64,000 bases of DNA from Candidatus Micrarchaeota archaeon (GTDB lineage Archaea > Micrarchaeota > Micrarchaeia > Norongarragalinales > UBA8480). Position numbers and translations under genes: made by a program. Of this stretch, positions 48,196-57,430 are shown piece after piece. The notes beneath the pieces are model-generated. The model saw nothing but the letters and a program-made list of their open reading frames with translations, did not search any database and was not told the origin of the DNA. The DNA lies in contig JAZDHP010000005.1 of NCBI GenBank assembly GCA_043805855.1, positions 11,480 to 75,479 on the forward strand, written 5' to 3'. The first letter of the stretch is position 1. Every line of letters starts with the position of its first letter.

Positions 48196-48279
48196 AATAG
48201 TTTGAGATACCCCAGAGTTTCCAGCATATAGCTAAATTTTGTTAAGGCAAATGTAATCTTACCTTAAGAGACTCAGAGT

Positions 48280-48311
48280 TTAGACTGTCAGAGTTCCGTA
48301 GAACGCTGAAT
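48280..48311 (-). other. 32-nt BHB mini-intron in 23S helix 69 (~1912/1913)
   Basis: Helix GGAC/GTCT, bulges TA^A and AA^A, hairpin TCAGCGTTC-TACG-GAACTCTGA. Excision restores GGACTA-ACTCTGAGTCT. Confidence 0.85.
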
Positions 48312-48878
48312 TAGTCCCGCTCTTTAGCAGTCCTTCATTGGGTTGAAACCCAACTTCAGATACTACCAGTGAGCAGGCGTCACCCTCCGTACAAAACGTT
48401 TCCATCTTGCGGAGAGCTGTGTTTTTGATAAACAGTCGACCTCCCCTAGTTATTGCAACCTACAGGTCCATACTTGATGTAATCTCGTACAAAAGTGTAG
48501 GCACCCCTTTTCCCGAAGTTACGGGGCTGACTTGCCGAGTTCCCTTGCTTTGGTTCTCCTGCCACGTCTTGGCTTTCTCTGCCAGGGGCACCTGTACTGG
48601 TTCTAGGTACGATCTCACGACTCGCTTCTTGCACTGTTTTCAGGGGCTCATGGATTCGGTTTGTATTTCCTAGCTTGAACAAGTGCTCTTCACAACGAAA
48701 CTTCCTTGTTCTATTCTAGTTAAACGCTCAAGGAAATGAGCGCCAAACTTATCCACAAGCGTCTAATGCAAGCTTGTGTTACCACGAGCTGTCGCGAGGC
48801 ACACGAATATTAACGTGTTTCCCTTTCCGCTTTAATCACCGTTACGTGTAGCGTTAGGATCGGCTTACTCTTGGTCGA

Positions 48879-48982
48879 CTCGCTGAACCTTTTCTTTCTC
48901 AAAGAAATAAAACGTTCACGAAAAGAAAGATTTTAATTTTCTTTTCCGTAGACGCTTTTCTTTTCCCAAAAGAAAAGGGTCT
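48879..48982 (-). other. 104-nt BHB hairpin intron in 23S domain III (~1328)
   Basis: Helix CGCT/AGCG, bulges AG^A and AG^T. Three TTTTCTTT/AAAGAAAA hairpins. Confidence 0.85.
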
Positions 48983-50613
48983 CTAGCGTTGCCAAGAAAC
49001 CCGTGCCCTTCCGACGTTGGAGTTTCTCACTCCAAATTGATGCTACTAATACCAAGATATTCATTACTATTTAGTCCACACGTCCTCACGAACGTGCTTC
49101 GACCCAAACAGTACGCCCTCCTACCAAATCTACGCTTGTCTGCGTAGTTTTACAGTATCGGTGACTGACTTTAGTCCCGATAGTTTGCAGCGCTTCGATT
49201 CTTGATGGATCCGCTGTTACGCGTTGTTTAAAGGATGGCTGCTTCTGAGCCTACCTCTCCACTGTCTGAGAATCAAAACGCCTTTTGTTTACACTTAGCC
49301 AGTACTTTGGGACCTTAACTACAATAGGGGTCGTTCCCCTTCAGGAGTACGCGCTTACCTCGTACATCCCAACTCCCACCTTCTAAGGCAATACTAGCTT
49401 CGGAGTTCGACAAGAAAGTGAGGATTTTACTCCCCGCTCTTTCTGATCGGTCGCTCTACCTAGTATTCGCCTCCAGCGAGGCTGTCCTGCGGGACACTTC
49501 GGAGGGAACCTGCTAATGCCCAGCTCGAATGAACTTTCATCCCTAAACCCGAGTCACCCGATCGGATAAACCAGAAACGGTTGCAGGCCTCCACCAACCT
49601 GTAGGTCGGCTTCGCCTTACTCGGGCATAGATCGCATGGGCTTCAGGTTTCACAATAGTGACTTATGGCCAGTTACGACCACTCTCCTGGCGTCTTGCGA
49701 CGTTGCGAGAATTTTGGTTTCCCTGTGCATATTGCTCGCCACTCTCGTGAACTCCTTGGCTCTTGCTTCGAGAAGTATGACGCAACGCTGGTCCCCCTTG
49801 CGGAGGTCCTTTCACGCCGCGCCTTCTTGTTACCATTTAGTTTCAGGCACTTTGAACTCCCCTTTCGGGGTTCTTTTCAGTTTTCCCTCTCGGTACTTAA
49901 TTCACTATCGGTCTTGAGTTATATTTAGCGTTGCAAGTTAATACTCGCGCGTTCACATTCCCAAATCGGGGAACGCTACTCTGGACACTCGCACACCTTG
50001 AACTTCAGCGCTTACAGGGCTATCACCTTGTTGCGCGAAACTTTCCAGTTCTCTTCAGCTAAGAAATTCAAGTGTTAAAAGCGAGGCCAAACACCACATG
50101 TACGCCTCCTTGCGGGGCGAATTCGGTTTGCACTATTCTGCGTTCGTTCGCACTAATAACAGAATCTCGAGTTTGATTTCTTTTCCTCTCCCTACTAAGA
50201 TATTTCAATTCAGGAGGTTCGCAATCCTTTCGGATCAATTAAGACACCCACGGTTCAATGCCTGCATGCGGCTACCCGTGGCTTTTCGCAGCTTGCCGCG
50301 TCCTTCATCGCTACTCAAGCCTAACCATCCACTAAACGGTTTTAAAAGCAAGTAACATCTATTCTACCATTGCCAAAACGTATTTGAAACTTATACTTCT
50401 AAGTTTAAAATTGTTTTAACGTGGCTTTTTCTTCCCTCTAATTTTTGCCTACTTAACAGCTTCACGTCTACAGCGGCTCGGAGCCACTGCATTATCAGCC
50501 TTATTCAGATTTAGCAAAGCCCGCATAAGAGGAACGGGTTTATATTTTGCAAACCTACATTTTTTCGAACAACAAAACGCGCCATTTAAACGCATTCTAT
50601 TTAGAAACTTGAA

Positions 50614-50877
50614 TGGACTCGACGGGATTTCCTTCACCCGTTTTCTTTTAAGGCAAAAGGCCTTTCATTCCAAAAGAAAAAAAATCAAAACAGTTTTTAT
50701 GAAAACTATTTTTTCTTTTGGGGGTGACGGACCTTTTCTTTGTAAAAGAAAAGGGATGTCTTTGAACCCGCGACCTCCTGCTTTTCTGAGAAAAGAAATT
50801 TTCTTTTCGTCGACGTTTTCTTTTTGAAAAGAAAAGGTCGCTGCAAAGCAGGCGCGCTACCACTGCGCTACGAGCCC
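50614..50877 (-). tRNA. tRNA-Ala(UGC) with two introns (37/38 at 50783..50841; T-loop ~59/60 at 50628..50760)
   Basis: The spliced product GGGCTCG-TA-GCGCAGTGGTAGCGC-G-CCTGC-TTTGCAA-GCAGG-AGGTC-GCGGG-TTCAAAT-CCCGT-CGAGTCC-A folds as a cloverleaf. It sits in the 16S-23S spacer. Confidence 0.92.
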
Positions 50878-51566
50878 ATTTATTGTAAATAGAGTTTTTT
50901 GAAATTGTTTTTGGAAAGAAATGGCGTTTGAAAATTTAGGGACTAGATCTAGTCTGTATTCTATCGATTGCACAAAAAATGTTTGGAGGTGATCTAACCG
51001 CAGGTTCCCCTACGGTTACCTTGTTACGACTTAACCCTCCTCACGAACTAATAGCTTGAATCAATCCGTTGGACTGAGCCTCACTAAAAGCTCGCTTGGG
51101 TGGCTTGACGGGCGGTGTGTGCAAGGAGCGGGGACATATTCACCGCGCGATGATGACACGCGATTACTAGTCATTCCAGCTTCACGAGGATGAGTTTCAA
51201 CCCTCGATCCGAACTTAGGTAAAGTTTTGGGGATTGCCTTCGCCTTTCGGCGTCGGAACTCATTGTCTTTACCATTGTATGCCACGTGTGGCCCAGGAAA
51301 TTCAGGCCATACTGACCTAGCGTCGCCTTCTCCTTCCTCCCACTTAACGTAGGCAGTCTTCACAGAGTGCCCCTTACATTACTGTAAAGGTAGCAACTGT
51401 AAACGAAGATCTCGCTCGTTGCAGGACTTAACCTGACACCTCACGGCACGAGCTGACGCTGGCCATGCAACACTTCTCAGCTTGTCGGCCAAGATCTTTA
51501 GTCTGGGCTTCATTCTGCTGTCTTTCCTGGTGAGTTTCCCGGCGTTGAGTCCAATTGAACCGCAGC

Positions 51567-51886
51567 TTATGGAGCTAAGAGAAACACGGAAAATAATTAT
51601 TAAATTTTCCCAACTAAGTTTATAAAAAAAGCTAAATGCTAATTTTTATTTTTTTAAAAATAGATATTAGTGGCTACAGGTTATTTAGTAAAAAAGTTAA
51701 CTTACACCTTTTAAGGTGTAAGGCCTTAACGAAGCGAAAGCTTCGTTAAGTAAACTGGAAATTTTTGCGATCAATTGGCATATTGAGCTCGCTGAATTTT
51801 GTTGGTAACTTTACGTGTGGTAAATTTACCTTACAGTTTTCTTTTTAATTTACGAAATAAAATGTAGCAGTGTATTCTCGAAGCTT
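51567..51886 (-). mobile_element. 16S BHB intron (~947/948), 320 nt, AT-rich, no ORF
   Basis: Helix GTGG/CCAT, bulges AT^A and AA^G. The spliced GTGGAT-GCTGCGG can pair with TGGCAT of helix 30. Confidence 0.87.
51696..51754. repeat. Double-hairpin element, copy 2
   Basis: Reverse complement of 46492..46550 with identical stems and different loops. Confidence 0.9.
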
Positions 51887-51894
51887 ATCCACGA

Positions 51895-51930
<36 letters not shown>

Positions 51931-52049
51931 ATCTTGCGACCGTACTCCCCAAGTGGCAGACTAAACGGCTTCCCTACGGCACTGCATTCGCTCGAAGCAA
52001 ATGCAACGCCAAGTCTGCATAATTTACTGCTAGGACTTTCCGGCACTAG

Positions 52050-52583
52050 CTAGCTATATAAAAAGTTAAACCTATTCACGTTCAACGCGCCTGTGATGTC
52101 TATTCTAAAGCCACCATCAGAGCATCGACTGAGCGAACAGGCAATTTTATCTGCTTTTAACACTTTCACTATTTTCGTTATCGCTTTCTCGTTGTATATC
52201 TCAAAAGCGATACGTGGTTTGTTTCTCCACAGATAGCTATAAGCTTCTGCATCGAATAAACCTTTTGTAAAAGCGCGGAAAAACTTTTTATTACTAAAAT
52301 TTGGAATCACAAAAGTTTTACTTTTGTTTCTACCTTGGCAATGTAATAATTTTCTCAATTCAGCTTCAATTTTTACTGAATAAATTGAAATTAAATACAT
52401 TTCGTGACCGTCGGAATATTTTCTCTTTTTTACTATTGGTTTTTTGCCAAAAACTCTTTGCATTAGTTCAGCAATTTCAACTGACCTTTGTAAATATTTT
52501 GTACCAATAGAAATTCCGCGGCTTTGAAACCACCCATCTCCGGCAAATAATCCAAGTAAATAACAAAAATCCTTTGAATACAT
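52050..52583 (-). CDS. LAGLIDADG homing endonuclease (two motifs)
   Basis: CYLLGLFAGDGW and FTKGLFDAEAY. Confidence 0.9.
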   Translation of the reverse strand: MYSKDFCYLLGLFAGDGWFQSRGISIGTKYLQRSVEIAELMQRVFGKKPIVKKRKYSDGHEMYLISIYSVKIEAELRKLLHCQGRNKSKTFVIPNFSNKKFFRAFTKGLFDAEAYSYLWRNKPRIAFEIYNEKAITKIVKVLKADKIACSLSRCSDGGFRIDITGALNVNRFNFLYS

Positions 52584-52603
52584 AGATTAGTTATTTGTAT
52601 TGA

Positions 52604-52637
52604 ATTATTAAGCTCATCGAGACAGGTCGTTGCCGGT
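52604..52637 (-). promoter_or_regulatory. Conserved motif + TATA-like box upstream of 16S intron endonuclease
   Basis: ACCGGCAACGACCTGT, 10 nt, then TTAATAAT, which starts 28 nt before the ATG. Confidence 0.65.
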
Positions 52638-53777
52638 GATTCCGGCTAATTAGCTAACTAGTGTACCCGGGTATCTAATCCGGTTTGCTCCCCTAGCCTT
52701 CGCCCCTCACCGTCGGACGTGTCTTGGTACGACGCTTTCGCCACTGGTGGTCCTGCAAGGATTACAACATTTTACCGTTCCCCCTGCAGTACCTCGTACC
52801 TCCTCCACTCCCTAGTCTGGTAGTGTTCCCTGCTCGCCTCTAAGTTAAGCTTAGAGATTTGACAGGAAATTTTCCAAACCGGCTACGGGCGCTTTAGACT
52901 CAATATTCGTGGACACCACTCGTGCTACCTGTATTACCGCGGCGGCTGGCACAGGATTTACCCACCACTTATTCTCCAAGCTATTCAAGCTTAGTAAAAG
53001 AATCCCTTTCGGGAATCACTCGGATTACCCCCGTCACGCTTTCGCGCATTGCGGAATTTTCGCGCCTGCTGCACCCCGGAGGGCTTGGGCCCTTGTCTCA
53101 GTGCCCATCTGGGGGCCATCACTCCCATGACCCCTACTGATTATAGGTTTGGGGGTCCGTTACACCTCCAACAGCCTAATCAGCCGCAGTCCCATCCTAG
53201 AGCGAAACCATTCCAATTCATGGCTCTTTTTACTCTTTCACCATTCCAGGTTGAAAGAGCTATGCAGTATTAGCGACACTTTCGCGTCGTTATTCCACTC
53301 TCTAGGGTAGGTTGACTACGTGTTATTCAGCCGTACGCCAAGACTCGAAGTCGAGTCTTTAGACTTGCATGGCTTAATCGCAATCCGATAGCGGTGTCCT
53401 CCAGCAGGATCAACTGGTGTTGAAGAACCGGTTTACCCGGTTCTCTGCTTGAGTCGCAATTTCAAGTAGGAATTGACTTTCTCTACTCCGCTAAATTTTT
53501 TTCTCACCCATTTCTTTCGAAATTTCAAAAAACCCTACGTCAAACCCAAGACGAATGACTACGCGGTAGTTTGACTCGTTTAATTGAGTTTCCATAAAAA
53601 ACTAGCACAGCTCGTAAACGTTTACTCGCCGAAGGAGAAACCTAAAGGTTCCCCACTAGTTTCAAAAACACCTACGAACGCATTTACCCAGTCCAAAGAG
53701 GGACAGGCACTTGTTACGCAGAAACAATAGCAGCGCAAAAAAAGCACTGATAAGCTTAGTTATTGGCTCTAGAATTG

Positions 53778-53795
53778 TATTTAAAGGTTCCGACG
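53778..53795 (-). promoter_or_regulatory. Probable rRNA operon promoter (BRE-TATA)
   Basis: CGGAACC-TTTAAATA about 360 nt upstream of the 16S 5' end. Confidence 0.55.
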
Positions 53796-53800
53796 TGATT

Positions 53801-54064
53801 TTAGTGCTTGTAACTAAGCCACAGTTGTTTGAAAAACGGCAGTGAAAGTGTCGACAATATAAAGCCAAGCGTCGGAATCAACGCGTTGAACCAGTAGTTT
53901 TGAACATTTGCCGCCCAAAACAACAACACTATAACCGCATACGTGAGTAGCGCAATGATTATTTTACGCTCTAAACTAGTCTCCCACGCTTTGTCAGCTT
54001 CAACGCGCTTGTTACGTTGTTTGATTTCACGAATTTCCTTTTCAAGCTGTTGAACTGTTGCCAT
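53801..54064 (-). CDS. Small conserved-type membrane protein
   Basis: RNKRVEADKAWETS followed by two TM helices. Confidence 0.7.
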   Translation of the reverse strand: MATVQQLEKEIREIKQRNKRVEADKAWETSLERKIIIALLTYAVIVLLFWAANVQNYWFNALIPTLGFILSTLSLPFFKQLWLSYKH

Positions 54065-54096
54065 TGTTTTTATTCCTTTTTTATTAACTTGTTAAT

Positions 54097-54435
54097 TTAT
54101 TTCAGGAACTTTAGCTTTGCTTGGTTTTGTATTAGTTTTTCTTGTGCTTCGTCTACGATTTTCTTGTAGGCGACGGCGGTTATTTTGCGTTTTGTGTATT
54201 TTTCTTTTGCGCGTTTAATCGTTTCTATTAGTATTTGGTTTTCTTTTTCCATTTCATTTACTTGTTTTTGCTTTTCGTCTGCCATCATTTGCAATGTTTC
54301 AGTTTCTTCTTCAACTGGCGGTTCCCATTTTGTGAAGAAAACGCGCGTTGCGAGTAAGTAAATTAGAATGAGCACTAGGATTACGATTACAATATCCAAT
54401 ATTGGTGCAATGGTTGTTGCGAAGTCAAGTAACAT
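54097..54435 (-). CDS. Membrane-anchored coiled-coil protein
   Basis: N-terminal TM helix, charged helical remainder. Confidence 0.65.
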   Translation of the reverse strand: MLLDFATTIAPILDIVIVILVLILIYLLATRVFFTKWEPPVEEETETLQMMADEKQKQVNEMEKENQILIETIKRAKEKYTKRKITAVAYKKIVDEAQEKLIQNQAKLKFLK

Positions 54436-54487
54436 GAAAATGACAACGGAAATGGAGAATAAAAAACCAACTGAATATACAACTAAA

Positions 54488-56278
54488 TCACAAACGCTTT
54501 ACTATGCCGTGCGTTGCGTCTACGTCCACTAAGTCGCCGTCTTTGAATACCTTTGTTGCGAACCGCGTGCCGACAACACACGGGATGTTTAGCTCGCGGG
54601 AGACAATCGCAGCGTGGCAAGTTAGCCCACCTTGGTCCGTTATAATTGCCGACGCTTTTTTCATCGCTGGAACTAGGTCAGGCATCGTTGTTATTGAAAC
54701 TAGTACGTCACCTTTGTTCATTTTCGGCATTTCACTCGCGAGGTTAATTATTCTAACTACCCCTCGACCGCGTCCAGCAGTTGCGCATGAACCGGTCAAA
54801 GTGTTTTTTTCAAGCGGAGTTTGCTTTTCAAAATGCTGCCGCGAAACAAAAGCCCGCGCTTCACTCCCGTGCAAAAAAACATCACTTTTATCGTCATGCG
54901 AGAGCCATACACTGTACTCGCGGCGGCTGCGTAATATCGATAAATTGAACTTTCCCTCGAGAATCGCGAGCATTTCTTGGGGATAAATAAAACGCAAATC
55001 ATTTAGTGGGATGTAAAACCGACGGCAGATTTCAGTGTAGAAGTGTTCGATTTTTGAAAAGTATTTGAACATCGCGTCTTTACGGTAGCCTTTTCCATAA
55101 ACGAACCCGCGCGCTGCTTCGAATAATTGCTGTTCGTTTTCGCTGAGATTTAACACTTCAATTATTTTTTGCTGTTCACGTTTCAACATTTCTAGCTTGG
55201 CTTTTTCTACAACTAGTAGCTTTTCTGCGTTTGTATTTTGGCGAACGAGACTTTGCAATATGCATACAAAATATTCGTCGCTCCAGTTTGGCCCAATGTA
55301 CCCGAAGCCAAGCCAGCCGAATTTTTCTGTATGTTTTTGAATTGCTGTTCCAACTTTTGTGCCTTTGATTTTTTCTAATACGTGGCGCGTTTCAAAAGAT
55401 TTGAACGTATTGGTGAGTTTAGAATCGCCGCCGATTATTTTCAAAATTTCCAAGAGTTCTTCGTGTTCAATTTGCATGAAACTCTTTTCGCTAGGCGTTG
55501 TTAGTTTGCTGAACATGTCTGCTGCGTTTAACTTTTTGCCAGTTAGCGCAACTTTTTTCTTCAATATGTCAACAAGCGCGTTTGAAAAGAACATGAAAGG
55601 CAAATCAGCGACATTTTGCACCCAGCCGGCTATGTGCAACTCAACTTGCCTAGAGTAATATTTGTTAAACAATTCGAGAAGCTCCCTGTTCGACGAACTA
55701 GCGTAGTTTCTCGAGCCAATTTCATCAGCAAGTACCATAAAATTGTCGCTTAACTTTATCAAATCTCGCGTGTCGTTTATTCCAAACTGGGGGTTTTCGA
55801 AAAGCCGGTTGACCATTTCGTGCGAAAGTTCTTCGTATTCGTTTCGGACGAAGTGTAATTGAGACGCGTTGTTTTCATAAGTTGCTAACATTTTTGTAAT
55901 TGTGTTTTGAAAACTGTGTTTTTTCAAAAACTGTTGAATTGTGCGCACGTTGAAATAAGAGTAAAGTATAAGCGGATAGCCATTTAAAATATCTTCAAAA
56001 AGGAAAAACTCGCCAGGGTTTTTTGCAAAAATCCCTTTTAACTCTGTAAAAAAGATATGCCGTTCATTAGCGGCGTACTGCGGTTGGCTGCCAGTTATTT
56101 TTACAATCCCTAATTCAGCTAGTTTTGCAAGTTCACGGTGGCTAGCGCCAACATCGATGCCGCCAGCTGAACAAAGTTCAGTTAAACTTCTTGGTTTTTC
56201 ACTCGAGAAAAGTTTCCGTAGTAAAAGTGCTCGCGTTTCTGAGCCAAAAAGCACCGCTAAATCATCTTGTTTTTGCAT
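54488..56278 (-). CDS. Winged-HTH + PEP-utilising enzyme mobile (phospho-His) domain protein
   Basis: C-terminal GDVLV...T.PD....M..A.AIITDQGGLTCHAAIVSRELNIPCVVG. N-terminal LFGS.TR..LL HTH. No ATP-grasp domain recognised. Confidence 0.85.
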   Translation of the reverse strand: MQKQDDLAVLFGSETRALLLRKLFSSEKPRSLTELCSAGGIDVGASHRELAKLAELGIVKITGSQPQYAANERHIFFTELKGIFAKNPGEFFLFEDILNGYPLILYSYFNVRTIQQFLKKHSFQNTITKMLATYENNASQLHFVRNEYEELSHEMVNRLFENPQFGINDTRDLIKLSDNFMVLADEIGSRNYASSSNRELLELFNKYYSRQVELHIAGWVQNVADLPFMFFSNALVDILKKKVALTGKKLNAADMFSKLTTPSEKSFMQIEHEELLEILKIIGGDSKLTNTFKSFETRHVLEKIKGTKVGTAIQKHTEKFGWLGFGYIGPNWSDEYFVCILQSLVRQNTNAEKLLVVEKAKLEMLKREQQKIIEVLNLSENEQQLFEAARGFVYGKGYRKDAMFKYFSKIEHFYTEICRRFYIPLNDLRFIYPQEMLAILEGKFNLSILRSRREYSVWLSHDDKSDVFLHGSEARAFVSRQHFEKQTPLEKNTLTGSCATAGRGRGVVRIINLASEMPKMNKGDVLVSITTMPDLVPAMKKASAIITDQGGLTCHAAIVSRELNIPCVVGTRFATKVFKDGDLVDVDATHGIVKRL

Positions 56279-56420
56279 TTTAATCAAAACAATTTGACGA
56301 TTAGGCAAATAAAAAAGTTTCGGCTAAACATCTAAAGAAAAAGGAACGGTTAGCGCCTTAGATTAACCGTAGTTTTTTAATACCGCTTCAACATAGTTGT
56401 ACCTGTGATAATCTAGTTAT

Positions 56421-57344
56421 ATGATTTGTTTAGTTGCAGTTATCGTTTTTGGAATAATGGGAATCTTCTCCGCTAAGTATCGAGAGTTGGCGCAAGAGGC
56501 ATTTCAATGTACGTTTAAACTCATAACGTTGCGTCCGTGCGACTCGAGTTTCGACGAGAGGATGAAGGGAAAAATCGTTGGCAAATTACTTTCAATTTCT
56601 CCATTTGCAGCACGCGGAGTAAACAAACACTTCCCGGCAATTTCTCTTGTCTTCGTCGCGATATTTTTTGTTTCTTTAATTTACTCTGGAATTGCAGGTT
56701 ACAATTATTGGGCGTACGGCAATTGCAATGGCCCAAACACAAACGCGTTTTGTGCTTTTGACACTGTGTTTAAACCAAGTTCAACTCACTCGTTTGGCCA
56801 AGTTACTCTAGGGATTGGCCCGACGCTCGGAAACGGAAGTATAACAATGGTTGAATTCGGTTGCTTTACTTGCCCAGTTACAAAGCAAGCCCAACCACAA
56901 TTGAACGCGTTTCTCGCGAAGCACCCTGAAGTTAAGTTAGAATTCCGCGCTTATCCAATTCCAACTCATAATTACAGCCGCGAGGCAAGCGAAGCTGCTT
57001 TCTGTGCTCTTGACCAAGGCAATGAAAAGTTTTGGCAGTATAGCAATTTACTGTTTGCATACCAAGAGGAGTTCAACAACGCAACGTTCCTTGCGTTTGC
57101 ACGGCAGGTTAACTTAAACGAAACGCAATTTGAAGCTTGCTACGGTTCTGGAAAGTACATTTCTAAAGTACAGCGCGACATTAACGACGGCAACGCTGCT
57201 AGAGTGTACGGCACGCCGACTTTCTTCATCGGCAACATAACCCTGATTGGAATTCACCCGGTTAGCGACTTTGAAGACGCACTTGGCGGAAAAGTGGCAG
57301 ACACAAAGACAATAGGAATATGCGCCGCGCCGAAGACGCAGTAG
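56421..57344 (+). CDS. Membrane-anchored DsbA/thioredoxin-like protein
   Basis: VEFGCFTCPVT, ASEAA.CA.DQG..KFW and cis-Pro motif GTPTFFI. Confidence 0.85.
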   Translation: MICLVAVIVFGIMGIFSAKYRELAQEAFQCTFKLITLRPCDSSFDERMKGKIVGKLLSISPFAARGVNKHFPAISLVFVAIFFVSLIYSGIAGYNYWAYGNCNGPNTNAFCAFDTVFKPSSTHSFGQVTLGIGPTLGNGSITMVEFGCFTCPVTKQAQPQLNAFLAKHPEVKLEFRAYPIPTHNYSREASEAAFCALDQGNEKFWQYSNLLFAYQEEFNNATFLAFARQVNLNETQFEACYGSGKYISKVQRDINDGNAARVYGTPTFFIGNITLIGIHPVSDFEDALGGKVADTKTIGICAAPKTQ

Positions 57345-57430
57345 AAAAACTATTTAGATTATAGCAACTAGCGCAGCCGCTAGTTAGCGATTAAAAAACA
57401 AAATAAAACTTAAAAACAAAAAAAAGAAAA

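Larger units (their letters stand above)
47564..48260 (-). mobile_element. Group I self-splicing intron at 23S ~1931
   Basis: The exon ends in U (TAAGGT^) and the intron ends in G (GACATG^AGCG). Core elements AATCAGCAGG, TCAGAGACTATACG and AAGATATAGTCC are present. Confidence 0.93.
44120..50345 (-). rRNA. rrl: 23S rRNA with seven introns (ends approximate)
   Basis: Universal LSU motifs (CGATGAAGGACG, GACTGTTTATCAAAAACA, GTTTGACTGGG/GCGG, AGTACGAGAGGAAC). About 2.9 kb remains after removing 3316 nt of introns. Flanks pair (GGCAATGGTAG..GATGTTACT with AGTAATATC..CTGCCATTGCC). Confidence 0.97.
52038..52664 (-). mobile_element. 16S BHB intron (~801-803) with LAGLIDADG ORF
   Basis: Helix CCGG/CCGG, bulges GT^A and AA^A, stem CACTAGTTAGCTA/TAGCTAGCTAGTG. 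Excision restores CCCGGGT-AGTCC. Confidence 0.92.
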
